The translations under genes and the position numbers were made by a program. The notes below the pieces were generated by a model. It was given only the letters and a program-made list of their open reading frames with translations. It searched no databases and was not told the origin of the DNA. This document shows positions 1 to 8,352 of a DNA stretch of 64,000 nucleotides, piece by piece. Source of the DNA: Bacillota bacterium (GTDB lineage: Bacteria; Bacillota; Clostridia; Christensenellales; SZUA-584); contig JAEZIZ010000083.1 of NCBI GenBank assembly GCA_023415915.1, positions 23,329 to 87,328 on the forward strand, written 5' to 3'. Every line of letters starts with the position of its first letter. Within the stretch, counting starts at the first letter, position 1.

Positions 1-337
1 GCCTGCGCGTATCCATCATGCTGTCGAATAGCGTCCAGTCCATCTTGTCCGAATCGAAATGCATCAGAGACAAAAGCATCTGCGGCGTGCCCTGCTTTTT
101 ATAATCGTTGACAAAAGTGCCCTGCCGCGGGACGATGCGCACAAAGCCCTTGCTTTCCAGCTCGAGTATGCAAAGATTAACAAGGCTGCGGCTTATGCCC
201 ATGGCCGAAGCAAGCTCGCGCTCCGGAGGAAGACGGTCCCCCGGCTGCAGTTCGCCGGACAGTATCTTATACTCCAGCTCGCGAATGACATTTTCTTTAA
301 GGCTTGTGTTTGTAAGTTTTGTAAATGAAATGCCCAT
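1..337 (-). CDS. GntR/FadR-family transcriptional regulator, N-terminal winged-HTH part (3' end lies beyond the window edge)
   Basis: Own translation of the minus strand from the ATG at 337: MGISFTKLTNTSLKENVIRELEYKILSGELQPGDRLPPERELASAMGISRSLVNLCILELESKGFVRIVPRQGTFV. This is the classic GntR wHTH signature. It is absent from the ORF track because no stop lies in the window. Confidence 0.8.
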   Translation of the reverse strand, partial: MGISFTKLTNTSLKENVIRELEYKILSGELQPGDRLPPERELASAMGISRSLVNLCILELESKGFVRIVPRQGTFVNDYKKQGTPQMLLSLMHFDSDKMDWTLFDSMMDTRR

Positions 338-511
338 TTAAGTCCTTCTATATATGATTTATATGTGTTTGGAATAATATAATTACCGTGGCATGGCCAC
401 CAACCATAAAATATCATAAAACCAGATAAAAATCAATAATATAACAAAATAATGAAAATATCGGCAAGGTTAGTGGGTATATTACGTTTCCGTCAACCGC
501 AAGGGATTTAT

Positions 512-586
512 ACCCCAACAAGCCTTGCGTCTTGTCGGGGACCCCAGATTTACATCCCAACAAGCCTTGCGTCTTGTTGGAGACCT
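512..586. repeat. Two tandem units of the dispersed palindromic hairpin family (ACCCCAACAAGCCTTGCGTCTTGTCGGGGACCCC)
   Basis: Units at 512-545 and 553-586, about 41 bp apart. Stem is CCCCAACAAG/CTTGTCGGGG. Same family as the units at 9704, 18492, 29365, 30066, 31919, 32516, 44406 and 52260. Confidence 0.85.
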
Positions 587-675
587 CGTATTAAGATTCA
601 TTGTCGCTTCGGTACTCTTCAATGACACATGAGATTATGTAAATAAAAACTTGTTTTATGATATCAGTTGTTTTA

Positions 676-808
676 TCATTCAGAGCGCAAGCGAAGAATC
701 AAAATTCAATTTGTCATTCCGAGCTTGCGAGGAATCACATGGGAAGTGTTCTAAATAAGGGAGATCTTATAGCCGTTACGCTCCATCAAGCGAAGCTGAC
801 TGAATGAC
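676..808. repeat. Three copies of a short TCATTC..GCGA(A/G)GAATC motif, the third inverted
   Basis: 676-700 tcattcagagcgcaagcgaagaatc; 713-736 gtcattccgagcttgcgaggaatc; 787-808 caagcgaagctgactgaatgac (inverted). Intergenic. Confidence 0.5.
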
Positions 809-865
809 AGCATATACTATTTTGACAGCTTCTATATACTTAACGTGTGGTTTTTCTATGATATG

Positions 866-893
866 AAAAGAGCCCCGGCTTTTGCGGGGCTCT
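866..893 (-). terminator. Intrinsic terminator downstream of the giant surface-protein gene
   Basis: Minus-sense AGAGCCCCGCAAAAGCCGGGGCTCTTTTC. A GC-rich 9-bp stem plus a T-run, 18 nt after the stop at 911. Confidence 0.75.
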
Positions 894-910
894 CCTACAA
901 GTATTAAGTT

Positions 911-3900
911 TTACTGCCTTGTTAACGTTATCGAGTATATCTTCACTGCGCCTGACTGGGATCTTACCGCCACCCGCACAACCGCGCGTTGACCATTCGC
1001 GAGCGTAATACGCCTGCTTGATTTCTTAAGTCCGTCGATGGTGACCGAGGCTTTATACCCCGCCGGCCTTGCCGATATTGTAACAGAGCTCTTGTTTGCG
1101 GGCAGCACTATGGTATAATCCGTCACCCCCGGGCTGAACTTTGGAGCCAATCCCGACGCCCGTAGCGATTTTAAGTTGGCGTTCGATGACGGCGCCCTGA
1201 CTATTCGCACGGTATATATTCTCTTTGCTCCCGATTGCGCTCTCACCGTAAACTTGACGTCTTTAAACGTACCGTTGTTAAGCGATATTCTCTTAGATGA
1301 CGGCGATACGCGCGCGAGTTTGCCCGCGTCGGCAACGGCTTTAAGCGTAGTGCTCTTGGTGCTCTCATCCAGCGTAAGCGTATAATTTAGCACGTTGGGG
1401 TCAAACGGCTGGCTCCAGACTCCTGCAGTTGAAGAAAGCGAACCTAGCGCGTTGTTTGACGATTTCGCTCTTGTAACGGTGAACGAGTATGTCTTCGACT
1501 TTTTGCCGAGTTTAACGACGACGGTAAACTTAACGCTCTTTCCGTTGGCTACGGGCAGTGTAAGGCTCGATACCTGCCGCTTGTTTATAGTCATTGTCGC
1601 CCCGTCGTACTCCTTTATCGGCGTAAGCGTAAACGACGTTTCATGCTCGCCTATAGTTATCTTATATTTCGTCTTGGCTTTTACAAACGCGAGCTGCCCG
1701 GAGGATATGCCGACTCTCTCAAGTAAGTTGCTCTGGGGCTGCGCAGACCAGTTGGCGGAGTACGACCTTAGACCTGAAGAGCCTTTAGGTATAGTCACGG
1801 ACGCAGAAGGCCCCGAAAGCCCCGTACCAGTCCAGCCTGCGAAGTTATACCCGTACCTTGTGGGATTGTTAAGCGTGAACGAAGGAGTTTCTATGGTATA
1901 GCTTGACGGGTTAACCGCCATTCCTCCGCCTAGGTCGTAACTTATTGCGTATTGTACGGGCGTCCAGTTGGCGTAGAACGACATCGCGCCATAGGAGCCT
2001 TTATATATCGTAACGTCTTTAGTCAGGCCTGAAAGCCCCGTACCCGTCCAGCCTGTGAATATATAGCCGTGCCTTGTGGGGTGGGCAAGAGCAAACGTCG
2101 GGCTCTCTATTGTGTAGCTTGCAGGATTGCTTGCCGAGCCTCCGGCAAGATCGTAAGAAATAGCATACTGCACAGGCGTCCAGTTGGCGGAAAACGACTT
2201 GTTGCCGGTTGATTTGGCGGGTATCGTTACGTTCTTCGACGGGCTTAGGATTCCCGTTCCCGTCCAGCCCGCGAATTCATATCCGTGCTTTGTTGGGTTG
2301 TTAAGTGTAAACGCCGGACTCTCAATCGTATAGCTTGCAGGATTGTTCGCCGCACCTCCCTTAAGGTCGTACGTTATCGAATAATTTATCGGCGTCCAGT
2401 TGGCGGTAAACGACTTGCTGCCGACGGAGCCTTTATTTATTGTAACGTTTTTGGTTAGGCCAGAAAGTCCCGTGCCCGTCCAGCCGGCGAAATTATAGCC
2501 TGCTTTTACGGGAGTGGCGAGTGTAAACGATTCGCTCTCTATAGTGTAGCTTTCGGGATTGCTCGCCGTGCCTCCCTTAAGGTCGTATGTTATATCGTAC
2601 AGTATTGGCGTCCAGTTCGCTATAAACGCCTTGTTGCCAAAGGAGCCTTTGTTTATCGTTACACTCATTGTAGGCTCTGAAAGCCCTATTCCCGTCCAGC
2701 CAGCGAATTCATAGCCTGTTTTCACCGGGTTTTCCAGAGTGAACGACGGGGTTTCTATGGTATAGCTTCCCGGGTTATCCGCAGTTCCGCCGTCCAGGTT
2801 ATACGCTATGGTATACGTAACAGGCTGCCACCGCGCGTAAAATGTCATACAGCTGGTTACTGTGTAAGGGAAAGATACGGGAAGCGTGTATGTGGGGTTA
2901 AGATACCATCCGTAAAAGCTGTAGTAGTTCCTAACCGGAGTTGCGGGCTCCTCGATGGTCGTACCGCTTAAGAGCACAACCGCCGCCATTTCGTTTCCTC
3001 CCTGCGTGTCAAACATAACTTTTGTAATAGCATCGAATTTGTAGCTCACTGTAACAGTGCCGTCGTCATTGCGCGCCACCTGAGCAGTTTTACCGTTTAT
3101 GGTTGCCGTCACGTTTTCCGCAAATGCGTAACCCGGTTCGGCAGTAAGGGTAACACTCAATGTGTATTCGGTATCATAACCAAAGGTTGAATCATCCGGA
3201 TCCCATGCAATATCCGAAACAGCTGCACCTTCGGAGACGGACGCCGTCGTGCCGGGTGTCCCCTCAGCCGCAGGAACGTCAATTTCCGTTATCGCTATGC
3301 TGTCTATCGTTTCAATGGCCGTCGCCGGGAATGTATACGTTACCGTCAGTGTACCGTCGCCGTTTAAACTCACGTCTGTTGCCGTGTTACCATTGACCGT
3401 AGCCGTAGTGCCGGAAGTGAATACATACCCGTCCCCCGCCGTCAGCGTCACGGTTGCCGTGTATTCCTTGTTGAACTCGAACGTTTCGCCTTCCAGATTC
3501 CATGTGACTATGCCTGCCGTTACGGTATCCGGAGTTACCGATGCCGTATCATCTGGTTTCTCCCCTGCCTTGGGAGCGTCAATATCCGTTACCGCAACGC
3601 TGTTTATCGGCTCTTTTTCAGTGGCCTCGAACTTGTAGCTCGCGGTAATAGTGCCGTTTTCGTTGCGCGTTGCCTCGGCGTCTTGCCCGTTGATGGTCAC
3701 AGTTACGCTGTCCGCAAATACGAACCCTTCCTGCACCGTGAGTACAACGCTTACGGTATATGGAGTGTTGTAATCAAATGTAGAATCGTTCGGCGTCCAT
3801 GCAACCTCCGAAACGGTTACGCCTTCGGAAGCGGACGCCGACGTGACGGGCGCCTCACCAGCTTTGGGCGCTTCAATGTCCGTTACCGCTACAGTGGTTA

Positions 3901-6625
3901 TCGGCCCCGTGCCTGTTGCTGCAAATGTATATTTCGCCGTAAGCGAGCCGTTGGCATTATGTGTAACCACTGCCGCTTTACCGTTTATTGTTACTGTTGC
4001 ATTGTCCGCAAACGCATACCCGGACTGCGCGTAAAGCCTGACGCTTGCGGTGTAGGCCGTATCATATTCGAATGCAGTTGCATTAGGTTGCCACGTTACC
4101 GCAGAAACCGTTACGCCCTCTGTTGATACAGCTGCCGCTTTATCAGGCGCTGCTCCCGCCACAGGTTCGTCAATATTCGTTACGTCTATGCTGCTGATAG
4201 GCGTGGGCGGTATTATTGTCTGTTTATACAGGTAAATTCTATTATGATTAGTATTGCTGGACGAAGTAGTAAAATAATGGTCGCTGCCGCTGGATGTCTC
4301 GTACAGGTAATTGTAGCTGCTGCCGCCGGTGTTACTCTTTGTTCTGAAGTAATGGCTCCCGCTTACATACTCCCAGTCGGTATATGCCGAACCGGCTTCG
4401 GCGGTATCGATCTTAAGGCCCCCTCCTCCACTTATTCGAGTCAGAAAGTAGTCGCCGTTCTTGACATTATACCCGCTGCCGTCCGTTGTAAATACCCAAA
4501 GCATATCCGGGGTAACATCCGTGGCGTTCAAGCTGCTGTCTGTCGCCGTCACTGCGGCGCCTCTTAAGTAATTTGAATATGCGGATGCGGTAAGTGCATA
4601 ACTGCCGGTGCTTCCCCTGTCTACAATAACATATGTGGCCCCGCTATCTATGTCTGTCACGTATTCATATGTGTACAGAGGCGCTGCAGCTGTCTTGTCA
4701 AACTCGTATGTCGCAGTCAATGTGCCGTCTTTGTTTAGTGTTACAACGGCCGGCTCTCCGTTTATCGTTACAGTCGCATCGGATGTAAACTCATATGCGA
4801 ACTGCGCTGATAATGTTACACTTGCCGTATATGCAGTATCATACTCGAAAGTACTGACCGAAGGGTTCCAGACGACTGTTGCCGGAGTCACGACACCTGC
4901 GGTCGTTACATCCGCGCTCGTATCCGGAGTCCCGCCCGGCAAAGGTTCATCGATTCCTGTTATCTCCACATTTCTTATCGGTGTCGGGTTGTTCACTACC
5001 AACTCGTAGAGATAGATCGTGCCGGAGGCAGTATCACGGTTGGCAAAATAAGCCGTGCTGCCGGACGTTGCCTGGTACAGATAAAAGTACTTTCTCTGGC
5101 CGCTGCTGTATACTTTGAGATCGTGCGTGTTACTGTCATATTCCCAATCATTATAACCCGTTCCGGCGTCTGTTGAGGTTAAATATATACCTGCGGAACC
5201 GCTGCTTTTTCGCGTAAGGTAATTTCCGCCATTCTTGATATTATAACCGGTGCCGTCCGTGGTAAATTCCCATATCATACTTTCGTCTATGTCTTCAGGC
5301 ATAATAATATTGCCTGTTGCGTTTACCGGGCTGCCCGTCAGGTAGTCTATGCTGCTTGTTGAAAAAGGTGTGGTCGTAAGGGCAAACGCATCTGTATCTG
5401 ACTTGTTCACGATCACATACCGTTTACCACTCACAATGTTCGCTGCATACTCAAACGCAACGGCGGCGTCACCGTATATTACCCTTACCTTAGCGGCTTC
5501 ACTGGTGACTGAAGCCGTATCCCCGTCTTTTGTGTTTGTTACTTTGCAATAATAATATTTCGTACCAGGCGTATCAGTCGGCACCGATAAGGTTTCGGAA
5601 TTTGTTCCTATTTCCGTCCCCCCTGTGTTTGTGCCGCTTTCATTCTGATACCATTGATATGAAAGCGTGCCTCCGTCGCTTACGGATGCGCTAACCGAGA
5701 GGTTTGCTTCTTCACCTATGTTTACGGTAACGTCTTCCGGCTGTTGCTCTATAACGGGTTTTGCGGCCAATGACACTGTATCAACGGTCACCTCGTGTTC
5801 GGAAGTGGTTGTTCCGCTTAAGTTTTTGTACTGAAAACTGAATTTAGTGTCGCCTGTTCCCAGATTAAACGATACAAGCAGGCCGTATGCACCATTCGTC
5901 CCTGAATATATTGAACCTAAGTTTGCATACGTAAAATGTATCGTAACCGGAGCCGCGCCGCTGGCGCACTGAATCGTATCTCCGTCTTTCTTGACTGTAC
6001 CATACGCCGGATCGCCTTGGCTGTGGTTATGCCCCCAAAGGAAAACAACGTTGGGATATTCGTTGAGCCTTTCTACAAGCACGGGGGCGTTTATTGTCGT
6101 TCTGGAACTGTAATGATGCAGAGGATAATGAGAAACGACGAATACCGGTTTTGACGAGTCTATTGATGCGAGCGCAGAGTCCAGAGCGTTTATTAAATCG
6201 AGTGAAATAATCTGACTTGAAGTATTTAAATCCAGAGCATATATAGCGTAATCGCTGCCGTTATATACTAATCCTTTGTCGTAGGAACCCGATGTGTCGT
6301 GATTTCCCTTTGCCAATACCACAGGTGTGTCAGGATATACGTCTTTTACAGTACTGGAACAAGTCGAGGCTAATGTTGCGGCGTTTCCCCAGTAAGTGTA
6401 GTCTCCGCCGAACGCCATATGATTCAGCGTTTCGGCACTGCTTTTTAAATTGGTAAGCCAGGTTCTAAGTTCATTTGTTTGGTCATGCACATCCGATGTG
6501 AACCCGATAAATACCGTCGTGTCGCCGGCTGCCGCAGTGGACGGCAGCATGCACAGCAGCATAATCAGCAATAGCATTACCGGCACAATTCTTACGCAAA
6601 TCTTTTTTAAAATGTTCTTGTTCAT
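911..6625 (-). CDS. Giant secreted multi-domain surface protein (1904 aa). Order of parts: signal peptide, metallophosphoesterase, Ig-like module, two lectin-like modules, about seven 85-aa beta-sandwich repeats, seven Listeria-Bacteroides (Flg_new) repeats, three cadherin-like domains.
   Basis: ORF track. The N-terminus MNKNILKKICVRIVPVMLLLIMLLCMLPSTAAAG is signal-like. GDYTYWG, GNHD and GHNHS are calcineurin-like phosphoesterase motifs. The repeated YTIxYxLxGGxxxNPxSYTIExPxFTLxxPxxxGYxFAGWTG is the Flg_new repeat. The C-terminal LxxLxxSxGxxxPxFxPxxxxYT modules are cadherin-like. No LPXTG or SLH anchor seen. Confidence 0.85.
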   Translation of the reverse strand: MNKNILKKICVRIVPVMLLLIMLLCMLPSTAAAGDTTVFIGFTSDVHDQTNELRTWLTNLKSSAETLNHMAFGGDYTYWGNAATLASTCSSTVKDVYPDTPVVLAKGNHDTSGSYDKGLVYNGSDYAIYALDLNTSSQIISLDLINALDSALASIDSSKPVFVVSHYPLHHYSSRTTINAPVLVERLNEYPNVVFLWGHNHSQGDPAYGTVKKDGDTIQCASGAAPVTIHFTYANLGSIYSGTNGAYGLLVSFNLGTGDTKFSFQYKNLSGTTTSEHEVTVDTVSLAAKPVIEQQPEDVTVNIGEEANLSVSASVSDGGTLSYQWYQNESGTNTGGTEIGTNSETLSVPTDTPGTKYYYCKVTNTKDGDTASVTSEAAKVRVIYGDAAVAFEYAANIVSGKRYVIVNKSDTDAFALTTTPFSTSSIDYLTGSPVNATGNIIMPEDIDESMIWEFTTDGTGYNIKNGGNYLTRKSSGSAGIYLTSTDAGTGYNDWEYDSNTHDLKVYSSGQRKYFYLYQATSGSTAYFANRDTASGTIYLYELVVNNPTPIRNVEITGIDEPLPGGTPDTSADVTTAGVVTPATVVWNPSVSTFEYDTAYTASVTLSAQFAYEFTSDATVTINGEPAVVTLNKDGTLTATYEFDKTAAAPLYTYEYVTDIDSGATYVIVDRGSTGSYALTASAYSNYLRGAAVTATDSSLNATDVTPDMLWVFTTDGSGYNVKNGDYFLTRISGGGGLKIDTAEAGSAYTDWEYVSGSHYFRTKSNTGGSSYNYLYETSSGSDHYFTTSSSNTNHNRIYLYKQTIIPPTPISSIDVTNIDEPVAGAAPDKAAAVSTEGVTVSAVTWQPNATAFEYDTAYTASVRLYAQSGYAFADNATVTINGKAAVVTHNANGSLTAKYTFAATGTGPITTVAVTDIEAPKAGEAPVTSASASEGVTVSEVAWTPNDSTFDYNTPYTVSVVLTVQEGFVFADSVTVTINGQDAEATRNENGTITASYKFEATEKEPINSVAVTDIDAPKAGEKPDDTASVTPDTVTAGIVTWNLEGETFEFNKEYTATVTLTAGDGYVFTSGTTATVNGNTATDVSLNGDGTLTVTYTFPATAIETIDSIAITEIDVPAAEGTPGTTASVSEGAAVSDIAWDPDDSTFGYDTEYTLSVTLTAEPGYAFAENVTATINGKTAQVARNDDGTVTVSYKFDAITKVMFDTQGGNEMAAVVLLSGTTIEEPATPVRNYYSFYGWYLNPTYTLPVSFPYTVTSCMTFYARWQPVTYTIAYNLDGGTADNPGSYTIETPSFTLENPVKTGYEFAGWTGIGLSEPTMSVTINKGSFGNKAFIANWTPILYDITYDLKGGTASNPESYTIESESFTLATPVKAGYNFAGWTGTGLSGLTKNVTINKGSVGSKSFTANWTPINYSITYDLKGGAANNPASYTIESPAFTLNNPTKHGYEFAGWTGTGILSPSKNVTIPAKSTGNKSFSANWTPVQYAISYDLAGGSASNPASYTIESPTFALAHPTRHGYIFTGWTGTGLSGLTKDVTIYKGSYGAMSFYANWTPVQYAISYDLGGGMAVNPSSYTIETPSFTLNNPTRYGYNFAGWTGTGLSGPSASVTIPKGSSGLRSYSANWSAQPQSNLLERVGISSGQLAFVKAKTKYKITIGEHETSFTLTPIKEYDGATMTINKRQVSSLTLPVANGKSVKFTVVVKLGKKSKTYSFTVTRAKSSNNALGSLSSTAGVWSQPFDPNVLNYTLTLDESTKSTTLKAVADAGKLARVSPSSKRISLNNGTFKDVKFTVRAQSGAKRIYTVRIVRAPSSNANLKSLRASGLAPKFSPGVTDYTIVLPANKSSVTISARPAGYKASVTIDGLKKSSRRITLANGQRAVVRVAVRSQSGAVKIYSITLTRQ
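1733..2830. repeat. Tandem coding repeats of about 213-216 bp (Flg_new modules) inside the giant gene
   Basis: The motif ggcgtccagttggcg..aacgac recurs at about 1960, 2178, 2393 and 2608. Confidence 0.8.
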
Positions 6626-6684
6626 ATCCTCTACTCCTGTATTTATTATTGTGAGCGAACTCCCGTTTCGCTCAAAACTCTTTT

Positions 6685-6712
6685 AAAATAAAAACCACCC
6701 GTATGGGCGGTT
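6685..6712 (-). promoter_or_regulatory. Terminator-like hairpin inside the 5' leader of the giant gene (candidate attenuator)
   Basis: Minus-sense AACCGCCCATACGGGTGGTTTTTATTTT, about 60 nt upstream of the start codon at 6625. The RBS AGGAG lies downstream of it. Confidence 0.45.
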
Positions 6713-7091
6713 ACGCTATTCGCTCAGTCGAGGGACAAGCGTCCAACATATATCCCCCGCGTCATCGCTTCCTGTCATGTTTATTAAAAAAAGCGTGAAT
6801 AAAAAGCTATACAACCGCTTTTGATAGCGGGGCTAAAAAGCCGTGAGAATTATAAGGTGCCGATAGCGCACTCATTATATTACATATATGATATGAAGCA
6901 ACAAATACGACTATGAAAGCCATTTATATATATAAGTAGTAATAATGATCAAAAAATCGACATAAATGGTACGAAATTTCATCCAAATAAAACCTTTTAA
7001 TTCGCCCGATTGTGATATATTCCGATAACGGTTTTGAGACACTTCGCAGGAATTATGGAATGGCACAAGTATGGCACACTTCGAGATTAAG

Positions 7092-7133
7092 AAAAAAAGA
7101 AAACCCAGATAGCTTGATATCTATCGGGGTTTT
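7092..7133 (-). terminator. Intrinsic terminator after the tRNA cluster
   Basis: Minus-sense AAAACCCCGATAGATATCAAGCTATCTGGGTTTTCTTTTTTT, directly after tRNA-Lys. Confidence 0.8.
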
Positions 7134-7135
7134 CA

Positions 7136-7211
7136 TGGTGCGCCCTCAGGGACTCGAACCCTGGGCCCATTGATTAAGAGTCAATTGCTCTACCAGCTGA
7201 GCTAAGGGCGC
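7136..7211 (-). tRNA. tRNA-Lys (anticodon CTT), CCA encoded
   Basis: Reverse complement GCGCCCTTAGCTCAGCTGGTAGAGCAATTGACTCTTAATCAATGGGCCCAGGGTTCGAGTCCCTGAGGGCGCACCA folds as a cloverleaf. Anticodon loop is CTCTTAA. Confidence 0.95.
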
Positions 7212-7216
7212 ATATT

Positions 7217-7274
7217 ATCATCAACTCTATAATAGCTGATGACTACTGATTAACGGAGCGGGTGATGGGAATCG
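7217..7274 (-). pseudogene. Partial copy of the tRNA-Gly(TCC) 3' end (T-loop to terminal CC) plus 37 bp of its downstream flank
   Basis: 58-bp direct repeat of 7376-7433 with 54/58 identity. Identity breaks exactly after ...gggaatcg, inside the T-loop. Confidence 0.8.
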
Positions 7275-7412
7275 CTCCGCTCCCTTCCGGTCGCTATCAC
7301 GCCGTCTTGCTTGCCTTCATCCGCCACTGGCGGCGGCAAGCTCGCGTTCGATTCCCAATATCACTTTCTATTTCAATCATCAACTCGATAATAGCTGACG
7401 ACTACTAATTAA

Positions 7413-7486
7413 TGGAGCGGGTGATGGGAATCGAACCCACGCAACCAGCTTGGAAGGCTGGGACTCTACCGTTGAGCTACACCCGC
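7413..7486 (-). tRNA. tRNA-Gly (anticodon TCC)
   Basis: Reverse complement GCGGGTGTAGCTCAACGGTAGAGTCCCAGCCTTCCAAGCTGGTTGCGTGGGTTCGATTCCCATCACCCGCTCCA. Confidence 0.95.
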
Positions 7487-7563
7487 ATAATCGCCCCAAA
7501 CAACCACCGGCCTTTTGAGGCTTCGCGGACCGCCTCGACCTTCGCTTTGAGGCTCCCGCTAAA

Positions 7564-7638
7564 TGGAGCGGAAGACGGGATTCGAACCCGCGACTTCGAC
7601 CTTGGCAAGGTCGCACTCTACCACTGAGTCACTCCCGC
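7564..7638 (-). tRNA. tRNA-Gly (anticodon GCC)
   Basis: Reverse complement GCGGGAGTGACTCAGTGGTAGAGTGCGACCTTGCCAAGGTCGAAGTCGCGGGTTCGAATCCCGTCTTCCGCTCCA. Confidence 0.95.
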
Positions 7639-7647
7639 TTGTATCGG

Positions 7648-7732
7648 TGGTGCGGGCGAAGAGATTTGAACTCCCACGCCGTATGGCACTAGATCCTAAG
7701 TCTAGCGCGTCTGCCAATTCCGCCACGCCCGC
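7648..7732 (-). tRNA. tRNA-Leu (anticodon TAG), long variable arm
   Basis: Reverse complement GCGGGCGTGGCGGAATTGGCAGACGCGCTAGACTTAGGATCTAGTGCCATACGGCGTGGGAGTTCAAATCTCTTCGCCCGCACCA. Confidence 0.95.
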
Positions 7733-7845
7733 AGACCGGATCAAACGGCCATTTTTTCAGGCACTTTGGTATTCTAACACCTAAGAATCCATTAGTCAAT
7801 ATCATATTTATTAACAAATACGGCTTATAAAACGGTGATTATTTT

Positions 7846-8352
7846 TTAATCTTCGATGGCTCTGCCGCAGCATTTTTTATACTTTTTACCGCTGCCGCAA
7901 GGACACGGAGAGTTGCGCCCTATCTTTTCGGAAACGGCCTGTTTGTCGCTGCGCCATGTGTCGCGTATCTGCCTTCTTTTCTCTTCGGAGAATATATCGT
8001 CCCATTCGGGCAGAGTATACAGCCATTTGGCTTTCGCTTCGAGCATGTTGTAATAGAGCTTTTCAAAGTCTACTTTAAGAGAAATGTCCGAACCCTCTTT
8101 CAGCTTTTCGAGGTCGTATTCTTTTACGAGGCTTGTATTGATGCCGTCCAAAAAGCCCGCGAACACCGTATCGTCCATTTCGAACTCGGAAGCGAGCGAA
8201 GAAAGCTTGCCTTCAAAGAAGTTCTCTTTGCGTGCAAGTATCTTTTTATAGGCCTCTTTCTCGATAGCGAAATATTCGTCCCAGAAAGCCTTGTATTCCT
8301 TGGGCGTCATCTCGGTGTTTGTAAGGTCGCGCCATTTACTGATTAAACTCAT
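7846..8352 (-). CDS. SEC-C metal-binding motif protein (168 aa)
   Basis: C-terminal [16 protein letters not shown] is the SEC-C motif. Its ATG overlaps the icd stop (ATGA), implying translational coupling. Confidence 0.7.
   Translation of the reverse strand: MSLISKWRDLTNTEMTPKEYKAFWDEYFAIEKEAYKKILARKENFFEGKLSSLASEFEMDDTVFAGFLDGINTSLVKEYDLEKLKEGSDISLKVDFEKLYYNMLEAKAKWLYTLPEWDDIFSEEKRRQIRDTWRSDKQAVSEKIGRNSPCPCGSGKKYKKCCGRAIED

Noticed and set aside
6626-7090. c-di-GMP (GEMM-I/II), fluoride or ydaO riboswitch upstream of the giant surface protein
   Set aside because: Only fragmentary resemblance (GGACGC, AACCGCC). The full conserved cores I remember are absent. It is kept only as an unclassified attenuator candidate.
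7380-7784. ORFs 7380-7616(-), 7412-7627(+), 7559-7744(-) and 7563-7784(+)
   Set aside because: They overlap four clear tRNA genes and their spacers. They are not coding.
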